NCBI GenBank assembly: GCA_964016885.1
Contig: OZ024745.1
Coordinates: 5,766,001-5,830,000, forward strand
From: Eledone cirrhosa
Lineage: Eukaryota
DNA length: 64,000 nt
Direction: 5' to 3'
Part shown: in pieces, positions 61,801-64,000 of the stretch
Layout: every line of letters starts with the position of its first letter
How positions within the stretch are numbered: the first letter of the stretch is position 1
The notes under the pieces: generated by a model
What the model saw: only the letters and a program-made list of their open reading frames with translations
Databases searched by the model: none
Told to the model about the DNA's origin: nothing
Made by a program: the position numbers and the translations under genes

Positions 61801-64000
61801 GTGGATGGTCTAGTGTCGTGGGTTTGTTCCTGGTTTGAGGTGGTGGGTGGTCTAGTGTCGTGGGTTTGTTCCTGTATTGAGGTGGTGGATGGTCTAGTGT
61901 CGTGGGTTTGTTCCTGGTTTGAGGGGGTGGATGGTCTAGTGTCGTGGGTTTGTTCCTGGTTTGAGGTGGTGGATGGTCTAGTGTCGTGGGTTTGTTCCTG
62001 GTTTGAGGTGGTGGATGGTCTAGTGTCGTGGGTTTGTTCCTGGTTTGAGGTGGTGGGTGGTCTAGTGTCGTGGGTTTTTTCCTGGTTTGAGGTGGTGGGT
62101 GGTCTAGTGTCGTGGGTTTGATTCCTGGTTTGAGGTGGTGGATGGTCTAGTGTCGTGGGGTTTGATTCCTGGGTTGGGGTGGTGGGTGGTCTAGTGTCGT
62201 GGGTTTGATTCCTGGGTTGGGGTGGTGGGTGGTCTAGTGTCGTGGGTTTGTTCCTGGTTTGAGGTGGTGGATGGTCTAGTGTCGTGGGTTTGATTCCTGG
62301 GTTGGGGTGGTGGGTGGTCTAGTGTCGTGGGGTTGATTCCTGGGTTGGGGTGGTGGGTGGTCTAGTGTCGTGGGTTTGATTCCTGGTTTGAGGTGGTGGG
62401 TGGTCTATTATCGTGGGTTTGATTCCTGGTTTGAGGTGGTGGATGGTCTAGTGTCGTGGGTTTGTTCCTGGTTTGAGGTGGTGGATGGTCTAGTGTCGTG
62501 GGTTTGTTCCTGGTTTGAGGTGGTGGATGGTCTAGTGTCGTGGGTTTGTTCCTGGTTTGAGGTGGTGGGTGGTCTAGTGTCGTGGGTTTGTTCCTGGTTT
62601 GAGGTGGTGGATAGTCTAGTGTCGTGGGTTTGTTCCTGGTTTGAAGTGGTGGATGGTCTAGTGTCGTGGGTTTGTTCCAGGGTTTGAGGTGGTGGGTGGT
62701 CTAGTGTCGTGGGTTTGTTCCTGGTTTGAGGTGGTGGGTGGTCTAGTGTCGTGGGTTTGTTCCTGGTTTGAGCTGGTGGATAGTCTAGTGTCGTGGTTTT
62801 GTTCCTGGTTTGAGGTGGTGGATGGTCTAGTGTCGTGGGTTTGTTCCTGGTTTGAGGTGGTGGATGGTCTAGTGTCGTGGGTTTGTTCCTGGTTTGAGGT
62901 GGTGGATGGTCTAGTGTCGTGGGTTTGTTCCTGGTTTGAGGTGGTGGGTGGTCTAGTGTCGTGGGGTTGATTCCGAGGTTGGGAGGTGGCTAGTCTAATG
63001 TCGTGGGTTTGATTCCTGGTTTGAGGTGGTGGGTGGTCTAGTGTCGTGGGTTTGATTCCTGGTTTGAGGTGGTGGGTGGTCTAGTGTCGTGGGGTGATTC
63101 CTGGGTTGAGGTGGTGGGTGGTCTAGTGTCGTGGGTTTGATTCCTGGTTTGAGGTGGTGGGTGGTCTAGTGTCGTGGGGTTGATTCCTAGGTTGGGAGGT
63201 GGGTAGTCTAGTGTCGTGGGTTGATTCGTGGTTTGAGGTGGTGGGTGGTCTAGTGTCGTGGGATTGATTCCTGGTTTGAGGTGGTGGGTGGTCTAGTGTC
63301 GTGGGATGGATTCCTGGTTTGAGGTGGTGGGTGGTCTAGTGTCATGGGGTTGCTTCCTAGGTCCTAGGTTGCGGTGGTGGGTGGTCTAGTGTCGTGGGGT
63401 TGATTCATGGGTTGGGGTGGTGGGTGGTCTAGTGTCGTGGGGTTGATTCCCGGGTTGGGGTGGTGGGTGATCTAGTGTCGTTGGTTTGATTCTTGGGTTG
63501 AGGTGGTGGGTGGTCTAGTGTCGTGGGTTTGATTCCTGATTTGAGGTGGTGGGTGGTCTAGTGTCGTGGGGTTGATTCCTGGTTTGAGAAGGTGGGTGGT
63601 CTAGTGTCGTGGGGTTGATTCCTGGTTTCAGGTGGTGGGTGATCTAGTGTCGTGGGTTTGATTCCTGGCTTGGGGTGGTGGGTGGTCTAGTGTCGTGGGT
63701 TGGATTCCTGGGTTGGGGTGGTGGGTGGTCTAGTGTCGTGGGGTTGATTCCTGGTTTGAGGTGGTGGGTGGTCTAGTGTCGTGGGGTTGATTCCTGGGTT
63801 GGGGTGGTGGGTAGTCTAGTGTCGTGGGTTTGATTCCTGGTTTGAGGTGGTGGGTGGTCTAGTGTCGTGGGGTTGATTCCTGGTTTGAGGTGGTGGGTGA
63901 TCTAGTGTCGTGGGTTTGATTCCTATCTTGGGGTGGTGGGTGGTCTAGTGTCGTGGGTTTGATTCCTGGGTCGGGGTGGTGGGTGGTCTAGTGTCGTGGG
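34869..64000. repeat. >29-kb G/T-rich satellite, 43-bp monomer GGTGGTGGGTGGTCTAGTGTCGTGGGTTTGATTCCTGG(TTTGA/GTTGG) with a 42-bp variant; roughly 680 monomers; runs off the window end
   Basis: Direct reading; diagnostic variants recur at multiples of the monomer length. Confidence 0.98.

Noticed and set aside
45763-62970. Many 'VVDGLVSWVCSWFE' repeat ORFs
   Set aside because: Runs of the 42-bp satellite variant read in frame and broken wherever a 43-bp monomer occurs; no unique coding context
34869-64000. Functional tRNA gene array or true telomere
   Set aside because: No anticodon arm or acceptor stem, B-box C mutated; no (TTAGGG)n run

Overview
Repeat-dominated, gene-poor animal genomic DNA; the SINE/LINE complement and the (TA)n/(GA)n load suggest a coleoid cephalopod (inference). 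No intact host gene is supported. Bases 1-18.5 kb are minisatellite arrays (26/30, 35, ~32, ~39-51 and 62 bp units) mixed with SINEs, hAT-type MITEs, an RTE fragment and a 5'-truncated L1/Tx1-like LINE. Bases 20-33.3 kb are a dense cluster of foldback/palindromic DNA, two convergent CR1-like LINE copies, a Penelope-like element (RT end plus GIY-YIG), and several distinct hammerhead-ribozyme (HHR) motifs. One HHR lies in a ~523-nt non-coding unit present as head-to-head, more-than-unit-length copies, resembling a retrozyme or Penelope pseudo-LTR copied from a circular or multimeric RNA. Bases 34.87-64 kb are a G-rich 43/42-bp satellite with higher-order structure whose monomer looks like a collapsed, CpG-decayed tRNA head (A-box fused to B-box). 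Long ORFs inside the arrays are translation artefacts of the repeats.
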